Origin: Mobula hypostoma
Taxonomy: Eukaryota
DNA: 64,000 nucleotides
Direction: 5' to 3'
NCBI RefSeq assembly: GCF_963921235.1
Contig: NC_086097.1
Coordinates: 161,946,001-162,010,000, forward strand
Shown: positions 51,645-63,200 of the stretch, piece by piece
How the letters are laid out: each line of letters begins with the position of its first letter
Numbering within the stretch: the first letter of the stretch is position 1
The notes under the pieces: model-generated
What the model was told of the DNA's origin: nothing
What the model saw: the letters and a program-made list of their open reading frames with translations, nothing else
Databases searched by the model: none
Position numbers and translations under genes: made by a program

Positions 51645-53118
51645 ATTCCGGAGGACTGGAAGATTGCAAATGTTAAATCCGCTATTTAAGAAGGGGGCAA
51701 GGAAGCAAAAAGGAAATTATAGACCTGTTAGCTTGACATCAGTGGTTGGGAAGTTGTTGGAGTCGATTGTCAAGGATGAAGTTACAGAGTACCTGGAGGC
51801 ATATCACAAGATAGGCAGAACCCAGCATGGATTCCTTAAAGGAAAATCCTGCCTGACAAACCTATTACAATTTTTTGAGGAAATTACCAGTAGGCTGGAC
51901 AAGGGAGATGCAGTGGATGTTGTATATTTGGATTTTCAGAAGGCCTTTGACAAGATGCCACACATGAGGCTACTTAACAAGATAAGAGCCCATGGAATTA
52001 CAGGAAAGTTACATACATGGATAGAGCGTTGGCTGATTGGCAAGAAACAGAGAGTGAGAATAAAGGGATCCTATTCTGGCTGGCTGCCATTTCCCAGTGG
52101 TGTTCCACAGGGGTCCGTGTTGGGGCCGCTTCTTTTTACATTGTACATCAATGATTTGGATTATGGAATAGATGGCTTTGTGGCTAAGTTTGCTGACAAT
52201 ACGAAGATAGGTGGAGGGGCCGGTAGTGCTGAGGAAACGGAGAGTCTGCAGAGAGACTTGGATAGATTGGAAGAATGGGCAAAGAAATGGCAAATGAAGT
52301 ACAATGTTGGAAAGTGTATGGTTATGCACTTTAGCAGAAGTAATAAACGGGCAGACTACTATTTAAATGGGGAAAGAATTCTAAGTTCTGAGATGCAACG
52401 GGACTTGCGAGTCCTCGTACAGGATACCCTTAAGGTTAACCTCCAGGCTGAGTCGGTAGTGAAGAAGGCGAATGCAATGTTGGCATTCGTTTCTAGAGGA
52501 ATAGAGCATAGGTGCAGGGATGTGATGTTGAGGCTCTATAAGGCGCTGGTGAGACCTCACTTGGAGTACTGTGGGCAGTTTTGGTCTCCTTATTTAAGAA
52601 AGGATGTGCTGACATTGCAGAGGGTACAGAGAAGATTCACTAGAATGATTCTGGGAATGAGAGGGTTAACATATGAGGAACGCTTGTCCGCTCTTGGACT
52701 GTATTCCTCGGAGTTTAGAAGAATGAGGGAGACCTCATAGAAACATTTCAAATGTAGAAAGGCATGGACAGAGTGGATGTGGCAAAGTTGTTTCCCATGA
52801 TGGGGGAGTCTAGTACGAGAGGGCATGACTTAAGGATTGAAGGGGGCCCATTCAGAACAGAAATGCAAAGAAATTTTTTTAGTTAGAGGGTGGTGAATCT
52901 ATGGAATTTTGTTGCCACGGGCAGCAGTGGAGGCCAAGTCATTGGGTATATTTAAGGCAGAGATTGATAGGTATCTGAGTAGCCAGAGCATCAAAGGTTA
53001 TGGTGAGAAGGCGGGGGAGTGGGACTAAATGGGAGAATGGATCAGCTCATGATAAAATGGCGGAGCAGACTCGATAGGCCGAATGGCTGACTTCTCATTT
53101 GTCTTATGGTCTTATGGT
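51645..53118 (+). mobile_element. 5'-truncated CR1 LINE with a complete RT domain
   Basis: 358-aa ORF: NYRPVSLTSVVGKLLE, QHGFLKGKSCLTNL, YLDFQKAFDK, GVPQGSVLGP, FADNTK; tail (tcttatgg)2. Confidence 0.95.
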
Positions 53119-54801
53119 AATTTGTTAGATATATTAGTTAAATTTCCTGGTAGCTAAAAATAATTCTGTCCATTTGTGCAATTGTCCTGCTGCATTGATC
53201 TCATTTCCCCCACGATACTCTCTCATTCTTAATCAGAATGTTAGTCATGCAGAAATTTTATTGGATGGGAATGCTTCCAGCCACTTCACTCTTGTTAAAT
53301 TGTAATTTAATCGTATAATTTTCATCAGCCAGCATTGTACTATTAATCAAGGAATGTGGTATTACTACATTAATTACTTATAAAATGTTGAAGCGGGTTT
53401 ACAGTAATCCTTAAATGTCTAGTGAAATATTTCACTAATGAATGAGCATTAAGTGAATGCTCATGGTGGCATAAATGTTGATTATGTTACATCACAAAGT
53501 CCATCCTCCTTTGATACAATGTTGTCATGTTTCCTTCACAATTAATAAGATATTTGAAAGAAAAATAAGATTAGTATTTCAACTATGGTCCAGAACCCTC
53601 ATAACACTACTCCACCGAGCACTAATTTATTTTGGTCCTAGAGTCCAAACACTTACTTGTATGTACTTCTGCCCCCTTTTTTTAAAAAAAAACATCAACG
53701 TAAGGGTTAGTGACTTTTCTGGAAACTGCAAAAGTAGCTGTCTTCCCTGTTGTAGTGTACTGCTATACTGGAACATAATGCAATCTGATACACAGAATTA
53801 GCATCCCTGCCTACTGGCCCAGATAGGAGAACCTGCCTGTGAGTGCTAGACATGCAGTGCAGGGATACGGTGATCGGGACGTGATGAGTTTGAGCTGTCG
53901 CCGGAACTGACAGACTGCATGGATCTAGAGTCTCTCTCTTCACCTCCTGACAAATGCAATAGAAACTGCTGTATTTCCATCCCTTTATTTGACTGCATCG
54001 CTCTCCACAACTTAATGTTTCTCCATAGTGGCAAGCTCAATAGTCGTTGCAGGCATTCCCAAAGAGATACATCTATGATGTGAATGAGAGAGCCAGCACG
54101 TTCCAGAGGGCCTGTCACACAAGGAATAGGTACTGCCAGTTGCTAGCAAAGTCCCAGGATCACCATGTCAGCCAGTTTGCTGAATAGCCATACCATTGGC
54201 CCAGCACCACCATAGCTAGCCATCACAGAAAGCCTTTCCGCATTAAGCTGTCAAGTGATTCATTGCTGTGGGTTTGCATTCGTTTCCTGGCACAACACAG
54301 AGGGCAAGTGTTTGCATCAAGTTCTCAGCATAGCAGTATTTTTGATAACTCATCTTGTATACTTAGGATATCACATTCAGTTTGTTAAAATGGAAAAGCT
54401 GAATTATTGTAACAAAATGTCAATGGACAGAGAAAGATAATCTGATATTTTATAAGTGCAGAAATATTTCAGTTTTAAACCTACAGTACCTTTGTTGAGA
54501 ACACCTTTCACCAGCTTTTAACATTATTTGTTTTTAAGTTGTGTCTTTAATCAAAAGTTATCAAAAATACAGATGAATTTACAAAGGAATTATGGATTGG
54601 TGATCTGTAATGTGTATTTTGTCATTGGTCACACAGATTTAATTTGACGAGTAATTTAATGCCAGCAGAGTACCAAGAACATGCAGTAGTTCTGCACATG
54701 CATAACTTTCTAGGATACTTGAAGAGCTTGATTTTGTAATATGCATGATTTAAAACAGAATTAATTGACCACTGAAATTGATTTCTTCTAATCTTTACCA
54801 G

Positions 54802-54879
54802 TCAAGCTGGATAATTTCAGTGGAATTGGCAATTGGACCAGAAGAGGGTATCAGCTACCTTACAGACAAAGGTTCAATG
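54802..54879 (+). CDS. PTK2: PTK2/FAK coding exon (start of FERM F3), 78 bp
   Basis: atctttaccag|TCA AGC...TCA ATG|gtatgt; SSWIISVELAIGPEEGISYLTDKGSM. Confidence 0.97.
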
Positions 54880-55889
54880 GTATGTATTTTTTTGCTTATT
54901 CGCCTAAGTAATCTGCATGCTTTTCCAATCCAACAAACAGAAATTGTTGCAATTGAAAATTAGAGCTTTCTTTGTAAAATGTGGATTATCACCTTGTGTT
55001 TTTGAGGTTTGTGGAGGTCATGGTCAGTGTCAGCAGTTTTGACTATCATGCTTTTGAGTAGTTTCTGCCTTGAGTCCCTACAGTCCTTTTGTTGAAGTTG
55101 TTCCATGGATAGGAGTTAGGATTTTGTACCTAACATAGATGAAGAATTAGTGGTCTACAGAAATTATTTGGAGGGAAACTTTCAATTAGTAGTGTTCACA
55201 TGCACACACTACCTTATCCGTTCTAGTGCTTTTGAAAAAGACCTTAAGTAAATTTTTGCTGAGCCCCAATTGATGCCACATGCTATTGATATTTTAAAGG
55301 ACTAGTGGTGGAAAGTAAATGTTAAGGTGGTTGCTTGATCAACTCTTTTCTCTGGTTGATGATTTGGGTGCTGCATCAATTAAAGCAAGCAATGATGTAT
55401 ATATGGAACCTGTGGGGAGTTAGGGCAGTGACACACATATCACAGGTACTCCCGCTATTCTAGCAACATTATTTATCTCATTTATGTTATCTACTATAGA
55501 AGGGTATCATTCAACCCTTCAGGTGTATTCTAACTCCTGGAGCAATCCCATCACCTCACTTACATTTTTTTGCTGTAGATATTCCTCTTGATTTCAGGGT
55601 AGCATGTTAGTGCAATAGTTGGTACAGGGTCAAGGATTTTCTTTAAGGAATGCCATTAGTTGGATCTTGAGGAACTCCACTGGTTCCATCAGTCTCTCTG
55701 GAAAAATACACTGTAGCTCTGTCTTTTATGTTACAATTCAAGCTAAGTTATGTTACAGTTTTATGTTACAATGCAGTCTTCAATACAAGTGAAGCATTTC
55801 TCCAATAATGTGAACCTTTTTTGTGCGCTAGCCTTTATAGCTTATGGGTTAATCGGAATGAATGATAAACATAATACGTCCTTCAAAGT

Positions 55890-56165
55890 ACATCTACGAA
55901 TTGTACTTCTTCTCCAGCCCTTTATCTTTCCAACCCACCTAGCTTCAGCTTATCATCTTTGAGATATCCTCCTTCCCCTCCCCCTCCCCCTGTCTTTTAT
56001 TTTCTAGCATCTTCCCCCTTTCTTTTCCATCCTGAAGAAGGTTCTCAGCCCAAAATGTCGACTGTTTATTCATTTCCATATATGATATTTGACCGGCTGA
56101 GCTCCTCCAGCATTTTGTGTGTGTTGCTTTGGATTTCCAGCATCTGCAGATTTTCTCGTGTTTAT
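55890..56165 (+). mobile_element. Penelope-like 3' fragment with decayed hammerhead (56029-56063)
   Basis: catcctgaagaaggttctcagcccaaaatgtcgactg...gatttccagcatctgcagattttctcgtgttt. Confidence 0.8.
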
Positions 56166-57219
56166 GATTTGTTACTAAATGTTTACCAATATTAAGAAAG
56201 CTTAAGATTCACAGATATTGCTTTATCAAGAGCAAGTAAAGAGGGAATGAAAATGGATGTTTTGCTACCATGTTTTCTCCAGGTCGAAGTCCAAATTATC
56301 CTGCACAGGAAATTATGTAACACCAGTTTACGAACAGAAAGTGAAGTTTGTACAAAACAAACTACGTACAAAGCGAACAGCATCTCTAGAGGCAGAACAG
56401 ACAGGATAAAATTATATTTTTTGGATGAACTGTATGAAATCTTTGAGTTTGTGAATATTGGCATGGTGTAGAAAAGCCCCAACGAGGTTGCTGTGTTCTA
56501 TTTTGCTCATGATACTTCAGGAAATACTGCAGATTAGATTTGTGTCAACTGGGAGCAAATCAAATTTAAGGTAGTTTGCAGAGAAACCAGGGCAGATGAA
56601 ATGTTTTTGGTGTGCAGTTCATTATAATGGTCAAGAATGTAGTGTGGCAAATAGGGTAATTAGCTGCTCCGTTGTAATATGATTCCATTCAATCAGAAGA
56701 GTTGAATTTAAATGAAAAATATTTTAGAAGTTGCAAATCAGAATAAAATACATCCTATCAATATTTCTAACATAAAAGGATCTGTTATTTTGAATGCAAA
56801 ATCTTTCAGCTGAAATGAAAGTTTTGATTTGACTCTATTGTACTCGGTATTGAAATATTGGTATCACCTCTCTGTATTTATTTGTTAGTATTTCAGGTCA
56901 GTACATAGGTATGTTTCTGCAGGGTCATACTGGTCAAATTGCTTTCTCTTCCTTGTATTTTGAATTCTGATGGATCAGATTTGCTCTCCTGTAAAGAATT
57001 TTGTATTGTGCCCTGACTAATTAGTTCACATGTGCCTAAAGAGGAATTTAATTACCACGAAAACAAATGAAATTCAAATGGGGAATATCTGTTAAGCAAT
57101 TGCTTTGCTACAATCTATATTTTTGAATGGTCTTTCTTTATTTCTGGCATTTTTAATATTTTAAACTAGAAACAGTACGATTGAAAATATATATATTTTG
57201 TCTATTAAAATATTTGCAT

Positions 57220-57686
57220 TCCATGAGACTGTAAAATATAGGAGCATAATTAGGCCATTTGGCCCATCGAGTCTGCTCCACCTTTTCATCATGGCTGATT
57301 CAATTTTTCTCTCGGCCCCAATCTCCTGCCTTCTCCCCATGTCCCTTCATGCCCTGACTAATCAAGACTCTATCAACCTCTGCCTTAAATAGACATAAAG
57401 ACTTGGCCACCACAGCTGCTTGTGGCAAAGAATTCCACTGATTTACCACTCTGGTTAAAGAAATTCTTCCTCACTTCAGTTATAAAAGGACACATCTCTA
57501 TTCTGAGGCTATGTCCTCTGGTCTTAGACTCACCCACCATAGGAAACATCCTTTCCACATCCACGCTATGAAGGCCTTTCACCATTCGATAGGTTTCAAT
57601 GAGGTCACCCATCATTCTTCTAAATTTTAGTGACTACAGGCCCAGAGCCATAAAACGTTCTTCATATGAAAAGCCATTGAATCCTG
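57220..57686 (-). mobile_element. CR1 3' end
   Basis: GDLIETYRMVKGLHSVDVERMFPMVGESKTRGHSLRI; same family as 52730-53100. Confidence 0.85.
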
Positions 57687-58690
57687 GCACGAGGAAATCT
57701 GCTGATGCTGGAATTTCAAGCAACACACACAAAAGTTGCTGGTGAACGCAGCAGGCCAGGCAGCATCTCTAGGAAGAGGTACAGTCGATGTTTTGGGCCG
57801 AGACCCTTCATCAGGACTAACTGAAAGAAGAGCTAGTAAGAGATTTGAAACTGGGAGGGGGCGATCTGAAATGATAGGAGAAGACAGGAGGAGGAGGGAT
57901 GGAGCCAAGAGTTGGACAGTTGATTGGCAAAAGGGATATGAGAGGACCATGGGATAGGAGGCCTAGGGAGAAAGAAAAGGGGGAGGTGGGAAGCCCAGAG
58001 GATGGGCAAAGAGTATAGTGAGAGGGACAGAGGGAGAAAAAGGAGAGGGAGAAAAAGAATGTGAGTAAGTAAGTAAGTAAATAAATAAATAAATAACGGA
58101 TGGGGTACGAGGGGGAGGTGGGGCATTAGCAGAAGTTTGAGAAGTCAATGTTCATGCCATCAGGTTGGAGGCTACCCAGACGGAATGTGAGGTGTTGTTC
58201 CTCCAACCTGAGTGTGGCTTCGTCTTTACAGTAGAGGAGGCCGTGGATAGACATATCAGAATAGGAATGGGTCGTGGAATTAAAATGTATGGCCACTGGG
58301 AGATCCTGCTTTCTCTGGCGGACAGAGCGTAGGTGTTCAGCGAAACAATCTCCCAGTCTGCGTCGGGTCTCACCACTATATAGAAGGCCGCATTGGGAGC
58401 ACCGGATACAGTATATCACCCCAGCCGACTCACAGGTGAAGTGTTGCCTCACCTGGAAGGACTGTCTGGGGCCCTGAATGGTAGTGAGGGAGGAAGTGCA
58501 AGGGCATGTGTGGCACTTGTTCCGCTTACAAGGATAAGTGCCAGGAGGGAGGTCGGTGGGGAGGGATGGGGGGGACGAATAGACAAGGGAGTCACGTAGG
58601 GGAACTTCTGCCACCTCCAACGGGATCCCACCACTAAGCACATCTTTCCCTCCCGCCCCCCCCCGCTTTCCACAGGGATCGCCCCCCCTA
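57687..58690 (-). mobile_element. Penelope-like element 3' part (Cys linker, GIY-YIG, 3' repeat) with a short 5' inversion
   Basis: GTYPCKRNKCHTCP...VIYCIRCSQCGLLYSGETRRRLG; hammerhead remnant at 57783-57818; 58603-58690 is inverted relative to the body. Confidence 0.92.
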
Positions 58691-59300
58691 TAGTCCTCCA
58701 TGACTATTGTAACATTGTCCTTTTGACATGTATTTACAATCTCCCATTGTAATTTGTAGGCCACATCCTTACTCCTGTTTGGGGGTCTGTAAACAACTCC
58801 CATCAGGGTCTTTTTATCCTTTCAGTTCCTTGGCTCTGTCCACAATGATTGAACGTCTTTCAACCCTATGCCACCTCTTTCTAATGATTTGATTTCATTT
58901 TTTACCAGCAGAGCAATGCCACACTCTCTGCCTTCCTACCTGTCCTTTCAATACAATGTGTGTCCCTGGACATTAAGCTCTCAGCTATAATCTTCTTTCA
59001 GCAATGATTCAGTTATGTCTAAAACATCGTACCTGCCAATCTGCAACCGTGCTGCAAATTCATCTCCCTTATTCCGTATACTGCGTGCATTTAAATGCAA
59101 CACCTTCAGTCCTGTATTCACTCTTTTCGATTCTGTCCACTTTAACAACAGCCTCTCCTCACTACAGATTGCCTCTGTTAGTAAACCAGCTACCTCGTCT
59201 TCACCACTACTATCCGCCATTCCTGTGATACTTCTTGCATTGAAATACACACAGCTCAAGGCAGTAGTCGCACCATACTCAACCTTTTCATGCATTGGAA
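58691..59300 (-). mobile_element. CR1 ORF2 APE endonuclease N-terminal fragment
   Basis: LKVLHLNARSIRNKGDE...YDVLDITESLLK; GVVYRPPN. Confidence 0.8.
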
Positions 59301-59307
59301 GACCATA

Positions 59308-60100
59308 CAGAATCAGAATCAGGTTTATTATCACCGGCATGTGATGTGAAATTTGTTAACTTAGCAGCAGCAGTTCCATGCAATACATAATCTAGCAGAG
59401 AGAGAAAAAAATAATAAAATAAAACATAATAAACAAGTAAATCGATTATGTATATTGAATAGATTATTAAAAAATGTGCAAAAATAGAAATACTGTATAT
59501 TAAAAAAAACTGAGGTAGTGTCCAAAGTTTCAAAGTCCATTTAGGAATCGGATGGCAGAGGGGAAGAAGCTGTTCCTGAATCACTGAGTGTGTGCCTTCA
59601 GGCTTCTGTATCTCCTACCTGATGGTAACAGTGAGAAAAGTGCATGCCCTGGGGGCTGGAGGTCTTTAATAATGGACGCTGCCTTTCTGCGACACCACTT
59701 CCTAAAGATGTCCTGGATACTCTGTAGGCTAGTACCCAAGATGGAGCTGACTAGATTTACAACCATCTGCAGGCCCTGTGCAGTAGCTCCTGCATACCAG
59801 ACAGTGATGCAGCCTGTCAGAATGCTATACACGGTGCAACTATAGAAGTTTTTGAGCGTTTTTGTTGACATACCAAATCGCTTCAAACTCCTAATGAAGT
59901 ATAGCCGCTGTCTTGCCTTCTTTATCACTACATCAATGTGCTGGGACCAGGTTAGATCCTCAGAGATCTTGACACCCAGGAAGTTGAAGCTGCTCACTCT
60001 CTCCACTTCTTATCCCTCTATGAGGATCGGTACGTGTTCCTTCATCTTACCCTTCCTGAAGTCCACAATCAGCTCTTTCGTCTTACTGATGTTGAGTGCC
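59308..60100 (-). mobile_element. Rex1/Babar LINE 3' fragment (a short related end at 61297-61495)
   Basis: ERVSSFNFLGVKISEDLTWSQH...KARQRLYFIRSLKRFG...FSLLPSGRRYRSL; (ctgatt)n-type tail. Confidence 0.9.
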
Positions 60101-61583
60101 TGGTGGTTATGTTCCTCGAAAACAGTCTATATTGTGATTTTCCGATTAACAAAACTGCGTGACCTGTGTATGTGTCAAGAGATGAAAGTTTTAAAAAAGT
60201 TATTCACTCTCTCCCCCCCCCACAAACAAATTCTGTAAGAGTGAATTTTATTCCATATCCCAATTTCCTGAGTAGTGGTTTGTGAATTTTGCAAGGGTAA
60301 GTTCACATTACCTGAAGGACTGTAACGTGAGGGTCACCTGTAGTGGTAAGATGGATATTTCATTTGATGCATTCAGATAGCCCATTTATATAAGTTTTTC
60401 ATAATGATGAAGAGATACTGAAGAAAATGAACTGGGTCTCTGCTACAACACTTGACCATCTTAGATTAATTAATTCACCCATGTACATTCATGGGTAAAT
60501 TGAACAGCTGGGCCATTCGGGAGAATGGTGCATAATCTGAGAACATAGGGTTGTAAAATACAAAGTGTAACTTCAGATAAAATGAGGTAAACACCTTTAT
60601 CAAGCAGATAGAATTCTTGAACTGCAGGATACTAATTTCCTGCATTGAGATCTGCTACAGCACATTTTTTTGTCTTTATTTTAACATTGTATTTGTGTCT
60701 TCTCCATTCTCTTCTGAGGATGTTGGTTCAAATGGAATGCAACTTTATGGGACAGGCAGCAACCAAGCACCCTACCCAGCTGTCTTTTTATTTGTGAGCC
60801 CAGGCCCGACTTTCAGCTGTGACTCAATCCTGTCATCGCCTGTTGACTATGAACAGTCACATATGGTTATTGGTTAAAGATCAAGAGGATTCTTTGCCGT
60901 TTATCCTCTCCCTTGTTTTGTGTCTTTGAGGCCAGTTGCTGTTTTCTATAAGGGTAACAAGTTCAGCACTGAAAGAAAATATGACACCTTCCTTTTCTAT
61001 ATTCAACACAACTATGATGAGGAGATTACTTAGAGGCTTTAGCAGATTTCCCTAATGGTTATTTATTTTGTTTGAGACGGTATTATTGAAGACTTGTAAT
61101 TATTCTGAATATGTCATGACTGAAAAAGAACTGGTGGGTGTCACATTAGGTAAATTGATTTCTTTGATTTCATAGATTATTATTTTGTAATTGTCCTTTT
61201 CTTTAATAGTGGTGCAGATAATTGGTTAAAAAAATAGTTTCTTTCAAAACAAGTAACTTGCTCTCTTTCTGTAAAATAATTGTTTTGTTTGTTTAAATCA
61301 GAATCAGGTTTAATATCACTGGCACATCATGAAATTTGGTGTTTTGAGGCAGCAGTACAATGCAATACATAACTAAAATGATATAAAATATTAAATTAGT
61401 GAAAAAAGAGAACAAAAAGGTGAATTAAGGTATTATGAGTTTATTGTCCATTCAGAAATCTGAGGGCAGAGGGGAAAAAGCTATTCCTGAATAAGTATTT
61501 GATAGCCCCACAGTTGATTGTATATTTAACAATAAAACCTGGTATTTTTTGCTCAGGTTTTGCACTTGTAATACAGCAATTTA

Positions 61584-63200
61584 CAGTGGCATGCAAAAGT
61601 TTGGGCACCCCAGTCAAAATTTCTCTTACTGTGAATAGTTAAGTGAGTAGAAGATGAATTGATCTCCAAAAGTCTTAAAGTTAAAGATGAAACATTCTTT
61701 TCAACATTTTAAGCAAGATTAGTGTATTATTTTTGTTTTGTACAATTTTAAAGTGGGGAAAAAAGGAAAGGAGCTCCATGCAAAAGTTTGGGCACCCCAA
61801 GAGATTTGAGCTCTCTGATAACTTTTACCAAGGTCTCAGACCTTAATTAGCTTGATAGGGCTATGGCTTGTTCACAGTCATTGCTAGGAAAGGCCAGGTG
61901 ATGCAAATTTCAAACCTTCCTAAATACCCTCACTCCTCAAATCTTGTCCCAACAATCAGCAGCCATGGGCCTAAGCAACTGCTGAGCACTGAAAATTAAA
62001 ATAAATGATGCCCACAAAGCAGGAGAAGGCTATAAGAAGATAGCAATGCGTTTTCAGGTAGCCGTTTCCTCAGGTCATAATGTAATTAAGAAATGGCATT
62101 TAACAGGAACAGTGGAGGTCAATTTGAGGTTTGGAAAACCAAAAAAAAACCTTCCAAGAGAACTGCTCGTAAGATTGCTAGAAAGGCAAATCAAGACCCC
62201 CGTTTGACTGCAAAAGACCTTCAGGAAGATTTAGCAGACTCTGGAGTGGTGGTGCACTGTTCTACTGTGCAGTGACACCTGCACAAATATGACCTTCATC
62301 GAAGAGTCATCAGAAGAAAACCTTCCCTGCGTCCTCACCACAAAATTCAGTGTCAGAAGTTTTCAAAGGAACATCTAAGCAAACCTGAGATGCATTTTGG
62401 AAGCAAGTCCTGTGGACTTATGAAGTTAAAATATAACTTTTTGGCTGCAATGAGCAAAGGTATGTTGGGAGCAAAAAGGGTGCAGAATTTCATGAAAAGA
62501 ACATCTCTCCAACTGTTAAGCATGGGGCTGGATCGATCATGCTTTGAGCTTGTGTTGCAGCCCGTGGCACAGGGAACATTTCACTGGTAGAGGTAAGAAT
62601 GAATTCAATTAAATACCAGCAAATTCTGGAAGCAAACATCACACCATCTGTAAAAAAGCTGAAAATGAAAAGAGGATGGCTTCTACAACAGGATAATGAA
62701 CCTAAACACACCTCAAAATCCAGAATGGACTACCTCAAGAGGCGCAAGCTGAAGGTTTTGCCATGGCCCCCACAGTCCCCCGACCTAAACATCATTGAAA
62801 ATCTTTGGATAGACCTCAAAAGAGCAGTGCATGCAAGACAGCCCAAGAATCTCACAGAACTAGAAGCCTTTTGCAAGGAAGAATGGGTGAAAATCCCCTA
62901 AACAAGAATTGAAAGACTCTTAGCTGGCTACGGAAAGAGTTTACAAAACTGTGATATTTGCCAAAGGGGGTGTTACTAAGTACTGACCATGCAGGGTGCC
63001 CAAACTTTTGCTTGGGGCCCTTTTCCTTTTTTGTTCTTTTGAAACTGTAAAAGATTGAAATAAAAAGTAATCTTGCTTAAAATATTAACTTGTCATCTGT
63101 AACTTTATGCCTTTTGGAAATCAGTTCATCTTTTATTCACTTAGCTGTTCACAGTAACAGAAATTTTGACCAGGCGTGCCCAAACTTTTGCATGCCACTG
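61584..63200 (+). mobile_element. Full-length IR/DR-type Tc1 transposon with disabled transposase
   Basis: ~215-bp inverted repeats starting cagtggcatgcaaaagtttgggcac, with inner direct repeats at 61777-61798 and 62994-63011; left TA; transposase remnants (LLQQDNEPKH, WPPQSPDLNIIENLW) with stops and frameshifts; 1617 bp. Confidence 0.95.

Noticed and set aside
2018..54879. PTK2B (PYK2) identity
   Set aside because: Diagnostic segments [24 protein letters not shown] and SSWIISVELAIGPEEGISYLTDKG match FAK
54778..54963. ORF-track 61-aa protein
   Set aside because: Only 54802-54879 is coding (PTK2 exon); the rest is intron read-through
58063..58095. (gtaa)n/(ataa)n microsatellite
   Set aside because: Short slippage expansion within the PLE 3' UTR; no independent significance
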